Positions 1-11,023 of a stretch of 64,000 nt of DNA are shown piece after piece. Every line of letters starts with the position of its first letter. The stretch's first letter is position 1. The position numbers and the translations under genes were made by a program. Under the pieces are notes generated by a model. That model made no database searches. It was given only the letters and a program-made list of their open reading frames with translations, and was not told the DNA's origin. Source of the DNA: an uncultured Gemmatimonadaceae bacterium. GTDB taxonomy: Bacteria; Gemmatimonadota; Gemmatimonadetes; Gemmatimonadales; Gemmatimonadaceae. The stretch covers positions 352,001 to 416,000 of the forward strand of contig CAWHHI010000020.1 in NCBI GenBank assembly GCA_963829055.1. The letters run 5' to 3'.

Positions 1-1778
1 CTCCACCCAGATCCGGCCGCCGTGCGCTTCCACGATGCCGCGCGCGATCGCCAGTCCGAGCCCGCTCCCTCGCCGCGGCGTCGACTGCGCCTGCCAGAAC
101 CGGTCGAAGATCCGCGGCTGCGCCTCCGGATCGATCCCGATGCCCGTGTCCTCGACCGTCACCACGACACCGGTCGGCGTGCTCGTCGCCCGCACGACGA
201 TGCGGCCACCGGGATCCGTGAACTTGACGGCGTTGCCCATGAGGTTCGTCAGCACCTGTACGATGCGCCGGTCATCTACGTTCACCGTCGGGAGGTCCGA
301 CGCGATGTCGACGTCGAGATCGATCGATCGCTGGTCGATCTCTCCGCTGATCATTCCGGCAGCGGTCGACACGATCGACGCGAGCGTCGTCGGCCGACGA
401 TCGATCGACAGCCGGCCGGCCTCGATGGCGGACACGTCGAGCAGGTCGCGGATCAACTGCTGCATCCACACCGTCGCTTCCGTGATCGCGGTCAGCATCT
501 TCTCACGCTCGGCCGGGTCGTCAGGCGGCGCTTCGCGGAGAATGCGCGCGCACATCGCGATCGCGCTGATCGGATTCCGCAGATCGTGCGACACGAGCGC
601 GAGCACTTCGTCGCGCGCGCTCGTCGCCCGCCGGGCCGCGCCGTAGAGACGTGCATTCTCGAGCGCGAGCGCTGCGCCGCGGGTGAACTCGTCGATGATC
701 CGACGCGTGTCAGGCCCGAAACGTCCCGGCTGTCGTCCGAGATCGAGCAGCGTGATCGCGCCGAACGTCCGGTCACCCACGCTGAGCGGCATGATCAACA
801 ATGACCTGACGTCGAGTGAGCGCCATTGTGTGATGGCGTCGGCATCCTCTTCCGTAGACGCGAGCCAGTCCTCGTCCACGTGCTCCACGAGCTCCGGACG
901 CCCACGTCGCAACACGTCGACAACTGGCGCCGGCGAGTCCCACGTGGGCGCGAACTCATCCGCCAGTCGACGCATGTGACGCTGCGGTCTCGTCGCCTGG
1001 CCGAGTACGCGGTCCGTCGAATGATGCGACTCTCCTCGACGACATCCAGGAAGCACGCATCCGCAAGCGTCGGGATCACCGCGTCGCTGATCGCGGCCAG
1101 TACGTCCCGCGTCTCGAGCGACCTGACGAGCTTCGTCCCCGTGTCCGCGAGAAATCGCTCGGCATCCTCGGCGCGCTTCCGCTCCGTGATGTCGCGCAGC
1201 ACGACGGTGAAGATGCGCGTCCCACCGGGAAGCTCGAGCTTCGAGATCGACGCCTCGGCCGGAAACTCGGAGCCGTCCTTCCTGAGCCCCGCCACCTCAC
1301 GTCGATGCCCCATGCGACGCGCCGGCTCGGCGGTACGCCCGAAGGCGTTGATGTGCTCGTCGTGCGTCGCGCGGAATCGCTCGGGGAGCAGGACCGACAG
1401 CGGCTGCCCCAATGCCTCGTTCGTCGAGTAGCCGAAGGTCTCCTCGGCGCCGTGATTGAAGTGGAGGATGCGATGCGACTCGTCGATCGTGATGATCGCG
1501 TCCGCGGCGATGCTGAGGATGCCGGAGAACTTCGCCTCCGACGCGCGGAGCTCCTCGTCCATCCGACTCTGCGCCCGCAGTCGCTGCTCCAGGAAGCGCT
1601 GCCGGCCGGCCGCGACTCCCACGGCCGTGATCGCGGTACCAAGTGCGGCGAGGCGGATCCAGGGCTGCGCGCCGCCGGTCCTCACGACATCGATGACAGC
1701 CAACGCAGTCGGAAACAGCAGCGCACCGAGCGCGATGCGTAAAGCGTTGGTGACCAATCGGCTCTGAACAGCTGGCAT
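1..1778 (-). CDS. Membrane PAS(-GAF) sensor histidine kinase with FixL-like PAS; frameshift near 975; runs off the left edge
   Basis: ORF 795..1778 has two hydrophobic segments and a PAS domain (ADAIITID...FNHGAEETFGY...HDEHINAF...GLRKDGSEFPAE). A shifted frame gives the H-box VSHDLRNP and GSGLGLAIARGIVEAHGGRIWVE at the window edge. Confidence 0.85.
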
Positions 1779-1829
1779 CGAGGTCAGTTCACCTCGGCCG
1801 ACGTGCTTCGATGCGGGCGACGTGGCGCC

Positions 1830-2510
1830 TCAGGGGCCCCGCGGCGCGTGCGCCTGGCCCAACACTCCGATCTTGAGCGCGAAATCGACGTATTCGGAAC
1901 GGTGAGAGATGCCAAGCTTTTCGTTGACCCGTTGCTTGTAGGTGTCCACGGTTTTCGGGCTGATGAACAGCTGCTCACCAATTTCCGGCGCCGAGTAACC
2001 CTGTGCAACCAGCCGCAGCACGTCACGCTCGCGTTGTGTCAACGCGTTGTACCGGTCCCGATCGACCTGGGCTGGGTCCTTCTTCGTCAGGCCCTTGATG
2101 AGAACGTGCGACGCCGACGCGCTGACGTACGGATCGCCGTGGGCCACCGCGCGAACGGCCGCCACGAGCTCGAGATCGGCCGCACTCTTGACAAGGTATC
2201 CGGAGGCCCCGGCCTCGAGCAGCGGCAGCAGGTATTCCTCTTCGGCGTGCATCGTGAGCACGAGCACACGCGTGCCGAGATTTTTCGCGTGAATCGCCTT
2301 CGTTGCCGCCGCGCCATCCATGTCCGGCATCGACAGGTCCATGATCACGACGTCGGGCGTGAACCGCTCGACCAGCGCGACAGCCTCACGACCGTTCGAG
2401 GCCTCGCCAATGACGGAGATGTCCTTGGCCTGACTCAGCACCGCGCGCAGTCCCGCGCGAACCACGGCGTGGTCATCGACCAGCATTACACGAATCACGT
2501 CACCCGGCAT
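1830..2510 (-). CDS. NarL/LuxR-family DNA-binding response regulator
   Basis: IRVMLVDDHAVVRAG receiver; LTQRERDVL...ISPKTVDTYKQRVNEKL HTH; GGAGA SD before the ATG at 2510. Confidence 0.92.
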   Translation of the reverse strand: MPGDVIRVMLVDDHAVVRAGLRAVLSQAKDISVIGEASNGREAVALVERFTPDVVIMDLSMPDMDGAAATKAIHAKNLGTRVLVLTMHAEEEYLLPLLEAGASGYLVKSAADLELVAAVRAVAHGDPYVSASASHVLIKGLTKKDPAQVDRDRYNALTQRERDVLRLVAQGYSAPEIGEQLFISPKTVDTYKQRVNEKLGISHRSEYVDFALKIGVLGQAHAPRGP

Positions 2511-3626
2511 GTGGGGTCTCCGATTGCTCGAGTTGGCGCGCGGCCCGGCAGACACGGCGGTGGTGGGACGAGCGAGTGGAATGCGCACGCGGACAGAGGT
2601 CCCTCGATCCGGCGTTGACGCGATCTCGAACGTGCCGTTGGCGAGGGTCGCGCGTTCACGCATTGTGAACAGTCCCATGGCTGGGCTCTCGCGCTCGACT
2701 CTGGTCGAGTCGAATCCCGTGCCGTTGTCATCAACGTGCATGATGATCCGTCCGTCTGCCAGCCCGACGCGGACGTCGATCGCGGTTGCCGCCGCGTGGC
2801 GGCTCGCGTTGGTGATCGCCTCGCGAGCGATCCAGTAGAGTGCCGCCGCTGTCTCGGGCGGAATCGAGCGCATGTCCGCTTCCGAACCGCCCGTGACCGT
2901 CACGGTTGCGGGCGCGCGGCCATTGGTGGTCCGCACCAGGTGCTTGAGCGCGGGCACCAGTCCGAGATCGTCGAGGATCTGCGGATGGACCGTGTGCGAC
3001 AGGAGCCGCACCTGTTCCAGGAGGTCGCCGGCAGAAAGGCGCACTGCCTCGATGCGGTCTGTGAGCCCAGTCTCCGCCGCTTCCCGCTCGATGGCGATCA
3101 ATTGATACCGCAACGCGGCGATCGCCTGCGCAACCGAATCATGGAGCTCGCGGCCCACACGAGCGCGTTCGCGATCACCGGTGCGCACGACTTCGGAGGC
3201 GAGCACACGAACGCGCGCGCGATCCCGTTCGAGCGAGCCGAGGAGATAGTTGACCGTTCCCGCGACGTGCTCGAGGTCTGCGTCCGCGACCGCGGAGTCA
3301 GGGACGCGCGTCCCCAGGTCGCCAGCCAGGACCCGCATGGCCGTTCGCTCCAGGTCTCGAATCGGTCGCAGCGCAACCGCGACGAGCACGAGATTCACGA
3401 CGAGTCCGGCGACCATGACAACGGTGAGCACACCGAGAAAGCGCCAGTCGGCGGATGTCCGATGCGTCGCGTAGGCGACCGCCCACATGGCGAGCACCAC
3501 CACGAGGTTCGCCCCCGCCAGTTTCGCGAGCAGCGGAACGCGCAGTACGCGGCGCACACCTTCGTGCGCCGCGTTGAAAGGCTGCTCGTGGCTCGCGGCT
3601 GAGCGCGCGCGGTAGGTCAGTTCCAC
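2511..3626 (-). CDS. HAMP/HisKA_3 sensor histidine kinase, in frame with the downstream regulator with no stop
   Basis: Two TM segments, HAMP (LRPIRDLE), ERARVGRELHDSVAQ, EAITNASRH, DDNGTGFD, GLFTMRERA. GTG start just after the oxidase stop is inferred. Confidence 0.85.
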
Positions 3627-3631
3627 GGGCT

Positions 3632-4720
3632 CTACTTCTGAACTACCAGCGCGGTCACCATCCCGAACATCCCGTGGTCTGATTCCGCGTGCGGGAGGAT
3701 GTGGCAATGGAACGCCCACGTACCAGGGTTGGTGCAGTGCACGATGACGTCCCAGCGTTCGCCGGGGGCCACGTTCAAGGTATCGCACTTCCAGGGCGCC
3801 GGCTGCGCCCAGCCGTCCTTGTCGATCACCGTCATGTGCATCCCGTGCAGATGCATCGGATGGATCATCATCCCTTCGTTCATGAAGCGAATGCGGATCC
3901 GTTCGCCCAGCTTCGCCGTGAGCGGCTCTGTCGCCGGGAAGCCCTTGCCGTTGAACGTGTAGCCGTGCGAGCCGTCGTTCAGGATGAACACGTAGTCGTG
4001 GTCGACCTTCTCGATCGCTCGCGGTGACTTCGGCTCCACGATGAACGCGCCGAGCAGTCCACCGCCGACCTGTTTCGTCGCGTTGTGATGGGAGTGGTAC
4101 ATGTGCGAGCCCGAGTTGCCGTTAGGCACCGTGAACTCGTACGTGAACGACTCGCCCGGCTTGATGGGCGGCTGCGTGATGAACGGCACGCCGTCCTGGT
4201 CCATCGGCAGCTCGAGACCGTGGAAGTGGATGGCGGTCGATTCCGACATCTTGTTGTGCAGAATGACACGGACCCGGTCGCCTTCACGCACGCGGATCTG
4301 CGGACCCGGCACCTGTTCATTGTACGCCATGGCGCTGACGCGCTGGCCGGGCGAGACCTCCCACTGCAGTTCAGTGGCGGTGAGCTCGTAGACCTTGACG
4401 CCATTGTCGATGCGTGGATCGAGCAGCTGGTTGCCCTTCCCTTCCGTCTTCGCGGGGAAGGCCTTGATCCCCGCCTCGTGCATCCGGTCCATCTCGTCCG
4501 ACTTGGCTCGGGGCGACAATGCGACTGGTGCTGCGGCCGCGGCTTTCGCCGGCGTCGTGGGTGTCGATGGCGCTGGTGCAGCGTTGCTCTTGCTGCACGC
4601 GGCCAGTGCGCCTGCACCGAGCGCGGCCAGAGCACCGTCGCGCAGGAAGCGGCGGCGATCGGTTGGGGCGGCTGTGGGAACCAACGCGTCCACTGTATTG
4701 GGCAATGAGGTATCGGGCAT
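3632..4720 (-). CDS. Tat-exported two-domain multicopper oxidase (small-laccase type)
   Basis: TDRRRFLR Tat motif, possible lipobox LAAC; HFHG and YHSH in domain 1; HPMHLHG and HCHILPHAESDHGM in domain 2. Confidence 0.9.
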   Translation of the reverse strand: MPDTSLPNTVDALVPTAAPTDRRRFLRDGALAALGAGALAACSKSNAAPAPSTPTTPAKAAAAAPVALSPRAKSDEMDRMHEAGIKAFPAKTEGKGNQLLDPRIDNGVKVYELTATELQWEVSPGQRVSAMAYNEQVPGPQIRVREGDRVRVILHNKMSESTAIHFHGLELPMDQDGVPFITQPPIKPGESFTYEFTVPNGNSGSHMYHSHHNATKQVGGGLLGAFIVEPKSPRAIEKVDHDYVFILNDGSHGYTFNGKGFPATEPLTAKLGERIRIRFMNEGMMIHPMHLHGMHMTVIDKDGWAQPAPWKCDTLNVAPGERWDVIVHCTNPGTWAFHCHILPHAESDHGMFGMVTALVVQK

Positions 4721-5018
4721 ATGTGATTTGCTCCGGTTGTCGTCGGCGGCAGTCGGGACAACCGGATAGTCGTCGCTCGGGGCACCTCAGTATGTCGGGC
4801 GGGCGTCTCGACCTGCCTCGGTGGATCCGGAGCCTTTCTGTAGGGGATCTCCCGACACTGCGAGTGGCCGCAGGGGATCCCGCCCGTTCGCGTGCGTGAA
4901 ATCCCTGAGATGGATTGCGGCAACCACCCGACGCTCCCGTCGCGTCGGTTGCACGACCTTCGGGTTGACACCGCCGCTCGGCTCGTGACCGCGGTGGTCC
5001 GCCCGACGGAGGTTCGCG

Positions 5019-5701
5019 ATGACATTCCCGATGAGATTCCCGGTGACGTTGGGTATCCTGGCAGCGGCGTTGTGGACCGTGGCGCCGGCGGGAGCCCGTT
5101 CGGCTGCCGCGCGCGGCGCCCAGGAAGACCCCGTGCGCGCTGAGAGTCGAGTCTGGATCACCGGCTCATCAACATCCGCCGGTTCACGTGCCGCGCGGGT
5201 GGATTGTCGGCCAGCGTCGCGTTGCGCGCGGACGCCACGCACCAGGCGTCGCTCACCGGCCACAACGTGGCCCAGGCGCCGTCACTGACGGTGCCGTTCG
5301 CGCAGCTGGATTGCGGCATCGGGATCATGAATCGGCATCTGCAGCAGACCGTGCATGCCGACGCTCACCCTGCCGTGAGCTTCCGGCTCGAACGGTACGA
5401 AGCCGTCGTCGCCGGTGCTGTGCCGACCGTGCGCCTCGTCGGACGCCTCGCCATTGCCGGGGTCGAGAAGCCTGTCGTGGTCGACGCACGATTGGCGGCC
5501 GACTCGTCGGGCGTCCTCCACGTCCAGGGCGTCTACGTCGTCCGCATGACCGATTTCGGCGTCACGCCGCCGCGGCGGTTCGGTGGCCTGCTCGCGGTAC
5601 GTGACAGCGTCACCGTGCACTTCGATGTGGTGCCGACGGATGACGACGCGCTCGATTCGAACTCCATCCCTGACGTGCTCGCCGCACCTCTGACCCTCTG
5701 A
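5019..5701 (+). CDS. YceI-family protein (frameshift near 5175)
   Basis: Signal peptide and ESRVWITGSS in ORF 5019..5288; LDCG..MNRHL...GRLAIAGVEK...MTDFGVTPP in ORF 5204..5701. Confidence 0.8.
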
Positions 5702-5713
5702 CGCGACCTTCCC

Positions 5714-6640
5714 ATGTGCCCGATAGCCGACACCGCACCCACCATGACGACGCCGACCACGGACGCGCCTAACGCCCCAGTGCTCGTGGCAACCGACGGC
5801 CTGCACGATTCCGACGGATCCGTTCGCGTCGGACTCGCGCTCGCGCGGCGTGACGGCACTTGTGTCGAACTGTTCAGCGTGGTCGAGCCAATGCCCCAGT
5901 TCGATGAAATGGTCGCTGCCAGCGACATCGACCTGCTCACGAGCATCACGAGAGAGTCGCGGAACGCAGCCCTTCTCGCGCAGCGCGATCGTACACACCC
6001 CGGCATGCGCGACTGGCCGTTTACCATTCAGACCGGCGATCGCGTGGAACGCATCGTCGAGACCGCCGAATCGATTCGGGCGTCGTTCATCGTTCTCGGG
6101 CTGGGAGCGCACGGCCTCACAGCGCGCCTGCTTCAGCGGGAGACCGCGGTGCGCGTGATGCGGGCGTCTCGCACCCCTGTCCTGGCCGTGCCTAACGATG
6201 CGTGGGGCGTCCCGCACAGTGCCCTGGCGGCGATCGACTTCACCGCGTCGAGTGACCGCGCAGCGCGCGCCGCACTCCGGCTGCTCGGAACGGAAGGCAG
6301 GCTCTATCTCGCGCACGTCACACCGCGCATCCCGATGCCACTCGCCGACTCTCGGCAGTGGGACGACCTGACTGGCGCCGGCGTGTTGTCGCGACTCTCC
6401 GTGCTCGCGAAGCGCCTGGCACCTCCGCCGGGCGTGGAGATCGAGTTCGTGTCGCTGCACGGGGAACCGGCTCACGAGCTGCTGGCGTTCGCCGACCAGC
6501 GTCACATCGACCTCGTTGCCGCCGGCGCGCACGGCAAATCGGCTTTCGAGCGGCTCGTGCTCGGGAGCGTGTCGACGACGCTGGTCCGTACCGCGCGGTG
6601 CTCTGTGCTCGTCGCGCCCGCGGACGGGTCGGCGACGTAG
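5714..6640 (+). CDS. Tandem-domain universal stress protein
   Basis: VLVATDG...IVLG; second domain AIDFT...GAHGKSAFERLVLGSVSTTLVRTARCSVLV. Confidence 0.92.
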   Translation: MCPIADTAPTMTTPTTDAPNAPVLVATDGLHDSDGSVRVGLALARRDGTCVELFSVVEPMPQFDEMVAASDIDLLTSITRESRNAALLAQRDRTHPGMRDWPFTIQTGDRVERIVETAESIRASFIVLGLGAHGLTARLLQRETAVRVMRASRTPVLAVPNDAWGVPHSALAAIDFTASSDRAARAALRLLGTEGRLYLAHVTPRIPMPLADSRQWDDLTGAGVLSRLSVLAKRLAPPPGVEIEFVSLHGEPAHELLAFADQRHIDLVAAGAHGKSAFERLVLGSVSTTLVRTARCSVLVAPADGSAT

Positions 6641-6872
6641 GCGCCTCACGAGTACTGGGGCTACCCCGAGTATTCAGCGGCCGGTCTCGCGTGCACTATA
6701 GGGGGTCTCCTACGGCGAGCGCGCGTGATCGGTCGTTGGCTCACCATGCTGAATCTGCTCTGGTCGATCGTCTGAACGGCGTGCCGCCATCAGCTATCAG
6801 CTGGCGAACGGCGCGAACAGCGCAGCCCTCCACCGCTCCGGCGTGAGGTGGCAAGCCGATGGACTGCGTGAG

Positions 6873-7895
6873 TCAGGAAAGTCCGCTACGCGACCGCGGC
6901 CAGTGTGACATTCTCGCGGATTCGCGGCTGCCTCGGATGGCCGCCACGAGAAACAGGATGCCAGCGAAGGGAATTCCGACGAATGCCCAGGGCAAGAAGC
7001 TCCGGCTCCGCAACAGGAACGCCTCGGCGGGATCCTCGGGATCGTAGAACGCCGTATAGTCGCCCCCGATCGCATAACGCGAAGTCACGCGCCGAGCCCA
7101 GTCTCCACTGCGACTTTCCCGGAGCGGCGTCACGCGACTGGCCGTGTACTCCCGGTCCGCCACACGATACCGGTACACCACCACCGGCTCGTACGTGCTT
7201 CCGTCGGAGTCGCTGTGCTCTTCCACACGCGCACTCAACACGGTCGCGGTCACCGGTTCGAACATCAACAGTCGCCGCTGTTCCTTGATCAGCATCGTCA
7301 CGCCGATGCCGAGAAAGAGGCAGCAGGCCGCACCCATGATGAACAGACCGACGCGGCCGCGACGCGCCGCGCGCTCGTCACCGACCGTCGTCGCGCCGGT
7401 GCCGAGCACGGGACTCGCGTCGAATCCGAGAAACTCGCGCACGACCTCCACCACCGCGCGCTTCGAGACGTACCCACTCGTGTAGTACGACGTCCAGGCC
7501 ACACGCCGCTGATCCATGAGCGTCACCGACACGCGATAGGTGCTTCCGCTGTCGCCGGACGTCGATTCTTCGACGGAGACATCCGCGATGTCGCGCAGCG
7601 GGATCGTCTGACGCTCGACACGGCCGAAGCGCTCTTTCGCGATCACGAACAGGCGCTCGGTCTTGCTGAACGCGAACGTCTTGCGCGACGGCAAGGCGAA
7701 CAGTGCAAGCCCGCCGAGCGCTATGAGGGATCCGAGAACGACGGGGACGGTGCCGACGCGTCCGTCCGAATCCTGAGTCATTCCGACCCAGATGGCGAAG
7801 GCCCCTAACGCCGCCAGGAATATCCCAAAGCCGCGCAGGGTCAGCGCGGAATCGCGGATGATCAACTCCGTCGGAGTACGGGCAACGATCTTCAT
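6873..7895 (-). CDS. Membrane protein with DUF3592-like domain
   Basis: Several TM segments; VTATVLSARV...TYEPVVVYRYRV..EYT...FYDPEDPAEAFL pattern; start MKIVARTP. Confidence 0.7.
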   Translation of the reverse strand: MKIVARTPTELIIRDSALTLRGFGIFLAALGAFAIWVGMTQDSDGRVGTVPVVLGSLIALGGLALFALPSRKTFAFSKTERLFVIAKERFGRVERQTIPLRDIADVSVEESTSGDSGSTYRVSVTLMDQRRVAWTSYYTSGYVSKRAVVEVVREFLGFDASPVLGTGATTVGDERAARRGRVGLFIMGAACCLFLGIGVTMLIKEQRRLLMFEPVTATVLSARVEEHSDSDGSTYEPVVVYRYRVADREYTASRVTPLRESRSGDWARRVTSRYAIGGDYTAFYDPEDPAEAFLLRSRSFLPWAFVGIPFAGILFLVAAIRGSRESARMSHWPRSRSGLS

Positions 7896-8116
7896 GTATC
7901 GTCGGTGCTTCGCGGGCTCGTGAGATCCACCGGCCGCTGATCCCGGTGGAGATACTGTATACAGTCTCCCTTCTGACTGCTGAGCCGGTCCGCCAATAAC
8001 GGATCGGTGCACGCGCCGGGCAACCAACTTTTTCGCAGGACGCCAGGGACTGCTTCACCACGCATCTCAGACGAAGGACACGAACGGATTCGTCTGATCT
8101 GTCGGATTGATTCCGT

Positions 8117-8226
8117 TGTCATCCCGAGGGGTGAAACGACGAGGGACCTTCTGTGAACTGGCATCGTAGCCAGACACCGGCCACGATGACCGTCGAGAAG
8201 GTCCCTCGCTGACGCTCGGGATGACA
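8117..8226. repeat. REP-like long stem-loop
   Basis: TGTCATCCCGAG (8117) / CTCGGGATGACA (8215) and inner CGAGGGACCTTCT (8140) / AGAAGGTCCCTCG (8196) inverted repeats. Confidence 0.8.
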
Positions 8227-8266
8227 GGCGACCGGGATGACACACCTCCTTCCCGAGGCCTCCTTC

Positions 8267-9491
8267 CTAAGGCCTCGTTACGCGTGAGCTTCGTCCCGAC
8301 GTACGCGCCAACCATCGCGCGAGCAACGTGAAGCGCTCGTAGTACGCCCACTTCAGCCACCGCCTGAAGTACACGAAGATCCGCGAATCGGCCCAGAGGG
8401 CACGGTACAACACCAGGCTGTGCCGAGGGCCGAGCGAGAGTCCGTAGAAGAACTCGCGACGAAGCTGATGTTCGGGCCCCTCGTCATCACCCCACGGCCT
8501 GGCCATCCGTCGCGCGAGCAGCGCGCCCTGCCAGATGGCCTCGATCGCCCGCTGCATCGTGGGCCATGCGGAGCCGTCGACGACGACCTGCGCGGCATCG
8601 CCGATCGCGTAGACGCCGTCGACGTCGTGCACAGCGAGGCGACGCGTGATCGCAATGCGGCCGTCCGACGTGAGCGGAAGCCCGAACGCTTTCACAACAG
8701 GGTTCGGTCGAACACCTCCAGCCCAGACGACGACATCACTCGGCACGTGTTCACCGTCGTCGAGCACTACCGAGTCGGCGGTGACATCGCTGACCATGCG
8801 GCCCAGGATGCGGCGGACCGCCGAGGCGGTCGAGCACCACCCCCGCGTGGTGGGCGACGCCTGGCGCGAATTCGGGAAGTAACCTCGCCTCGCGCCCGAC
8901 GACGGTCACCACGGGCTGTAGACCGCCGATCGGGCTCGCCGAGAGCTCCGCTGCCCACTCGACCCCCGTGATCCCGATGCCGACGATCGTTAGGCGCGCC
9001 GGCACTCCGGTGGCCGTGTGTACTCCATGAATTCGTTCGCGGAGCTCGAGCCCGTCGGTGATCCACTTTGCGGGGACGATTCCGCGCTGGGCGAGGGCCG
9101 CCGGGATTGCCGACTCGCTACCGACCGCAACCACGAGCCGGTCGTACGGCACAGGCGAGCCGCCGTCGATGTGGAGCAGTCGGGCGCGCGTATCGACGCC
9201 GGTTGCGGCATCGCGAATGAAACCGGCCCCGATCGACGCGCAGAACGCTTCGATGTCGAAGAGGAGGGACTGGGGTGCAGTCACCCCGCCTGCTGCCTCG
9301 TGGGCGAGCGGGACATAGGGGTGGTGAGAGCGGGGCTCGACGACGGTCAGCTCACCCGGGGAGAGCCGGCCTCGGCGACGGGTGTAGCGGTACAGGAACT
9401 CGAGCCCCGCGAAGGAACACCCCACGAGCACGATCCGGGGACGCGTCACTTCCCGTCTCCCCACCTTCGCTGCGCTCGCTTCCGAAGACAA
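8267..9491 (-). CDS. NDH-2-like FAD-dependent pyridine nucleotide-disulfide oxidoreductase (frameshift near 8815)
   Basis: RIVLVGCSFAG, VPYDRLVVAVGS, IVGIGITGVEWAAEL; C-terminal ORF VVVWAGGVRPN...VYAIGDAA. Confidence 0.8.
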
Positions 9492-9508
9492 CGACCGCCG
9501 AGCGAGAG

Positions 9509-9543
9509 AGAGGGCGCCCCGGGTAGTTGACGAGGCGCCCTCT
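9509..9543 (-). terminator. Hairpin downstream of the cold-shock gene
   Basis: AGAGGGCGCC...GGCGCCCTCT stem; only a weak U-tract. Confidence 0.5.
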
Positions 9544-9582
9544 GCCTAACGAAAACGTGCGGTGCTGCGACTCGACTGGATC

Positions 9583-9936
9583 TCAGTCGCGCCCGCGCCC
9601 GCCGCGGCCGCCACCACCGCCACCGTAGCCACCACCACCGCCGCCGCCGTAACCGCCGCCGCCACCACCGCCGTAACCACCACCACCACCGCCGCCGCCC
9701 TTACCGCGGCCGCCGCCGGGAGTTCCGCCGCCGAGGCGCGTCACGTTCTCCGCCGCCGGTCCCTTCTGACCCTGGACGACGTCGAACTCAACGCTCTCGC
9801 CTTCGTCCAATGACTTGAACCCGCCTCCCTGGATCGCGGAGTGGTGGACGAACAGGTCCTTACTCCCGTCCTCCGGGGTTATGAACCCGAAGCCCTTGTC
9901 GTTGTTGAACCACTTCACGGTTCCCTTGGTGCGCAT
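9583..9936 (-). CDS. Cold-shock domain protein with Gly/Tyr/Arg-rich tail
   Basis: [16 protein letters not shown] (RNP1), DLFVHHSAI (RNP2), GPAAENV, then Gly runs interrupted by three Tyr and RGG motifs. Confidence 0.95.
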   Translation of the reverse strand: MRTKGTVKWFNNDKGFGFITPEDGSKDLFVHHSAIQGGGFKSLDEGESVEFDVVQGQKGPAAENVTRLGGGTPGGGRGKGGGGGGGGYGGGGGGGYGGGGGGGYGGGGGGRGGRGRD

Positions 9937-10181
9937 CGGACGGTCTCCATCTGAAGACATAGGGTGTTGGTGCCGGCATGACCGCCCAAAGTTGGGCGGC
10001 CGAGTCTGACACCGCAGTTTCCGCTCCAGAAGGAGCGGGATGCCGCGCTTCCACGCGACGGAGTGCTTCGGTCGGCAGTATCGAACGAGCATCTCTCCGG
10101 CGTTGTATAGGGCCGACCATGCCCTCAGGTCAAGAGTTGCACGCACCAATCGAGATGCGCCAGCGGTTGGACGGAGCGATC

Positions 10182-10751
10182 CTACGGTGTGCCGGCAGCC
10201 AGTTTGGCCAGCACGCCCTTCTGGATTCGCTCTTCGAGGCGGCCCGTCGTCCCGCAGGCAATGCGGTCGCTGGAGGCGCCGTCCATCTTCTGCGCCTGCG
10301 CGCTGAACGCCGTCTCGAGCTCCGACGCGCCATGGCCGTCAGGCCGTACCACGGAGATCAGCGACATGTAGATCCGGTCGTTGTCGGCGGCCGAGCCCTC
10401 GAGCGAGTTGCCGCAGTTCAGGTACACCGAGATCGGCTCGTTCCCGAGCTTGTGCGTCTTGTAGAAGTTGGTGTTCCCCACGCGCCCGGTCGCGGGGTCG
10501 TACGTGCCGGGCGGGATGCCCAGCTCCGCGTGTACCGCTCGCAGCGCCTCGACGGCTCTACCCGGCACCGCGGGGATGGGCACCTTCGCGTTCGGCGCCA
10601 CGGACGTGCGATACGTGGTGTGGTTGTCGGTGGCGACTACCCGGTCGGTCGGCGTCACTATTTCCGTACCGGGCGACGAGCCCGACGAGGCACACGACCA
10701 CGCGGTGACGGGCAGCGCGAGCAGGAACACCGGGAACATGAGGCGGCGCAT
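10182..10751 (-). CDS. Hypothetical lipoprotein
   Basis: MRR plus hydrophobic stretch and AWSC lipobox-like site; protein-like composition. Confidence 0.7.
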   Translation of the reverse strand: MRRLMFPVFLLALPVTAWSCASSGSSPGTEIVTPTDRVVATDNHTTYRTSVAPNAKVPIPAVPGRAVEALRAVHAELGIPPGTYDPATGRVGNTNFYKTHKLGNEPISVYLNCGNSLEGSAADNDRIYMSLISVVRPDGHGASELETAFSAQAQKMDGASSDRIACGTTGRLEERIQKGVLAKLAAGTP

Positions 10752-10953
10752 CTCGGATCCTCGGCCAGGAGGGTTGCGGATACGTTACTGCCGCGACGGC
10801 TTCTCGGGTAGCAGGCACCGGTCCCTTCCCGCGTCCACCAGGGGCTCGTCGTGCGCTCACGTTAGGCTGGGCGGACGTCGAGCCCGCCGGCAACGAGTCG
10901 GCGGGCTCGACCTCAAGAGCGGGATTGCAGGATGGTGGCTGCTTGCTGCTTTG

Positions 10954-11019
10954 CAACTGCCACTGCAACTACAACTGCCACTGCAACTACAACTACAACT
11001 ACAACTACAACTACAACTA
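10954..11019. repeat. Hexamer microsatellite (CAACTA/CAACTG/CCACTG) x11
   Basis: Read directly; ends in six perfect CAACTA units. Confidence 0.95.
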
Positions 11020-11023
11020 CATG

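Noticed and set aside
3632..4720. Copper nitrite reductase NirK
   Set aside because: The T1 Cys is in domain 2, and the paired HxH motifs in both domains fit a trinuclear-site oxidase.
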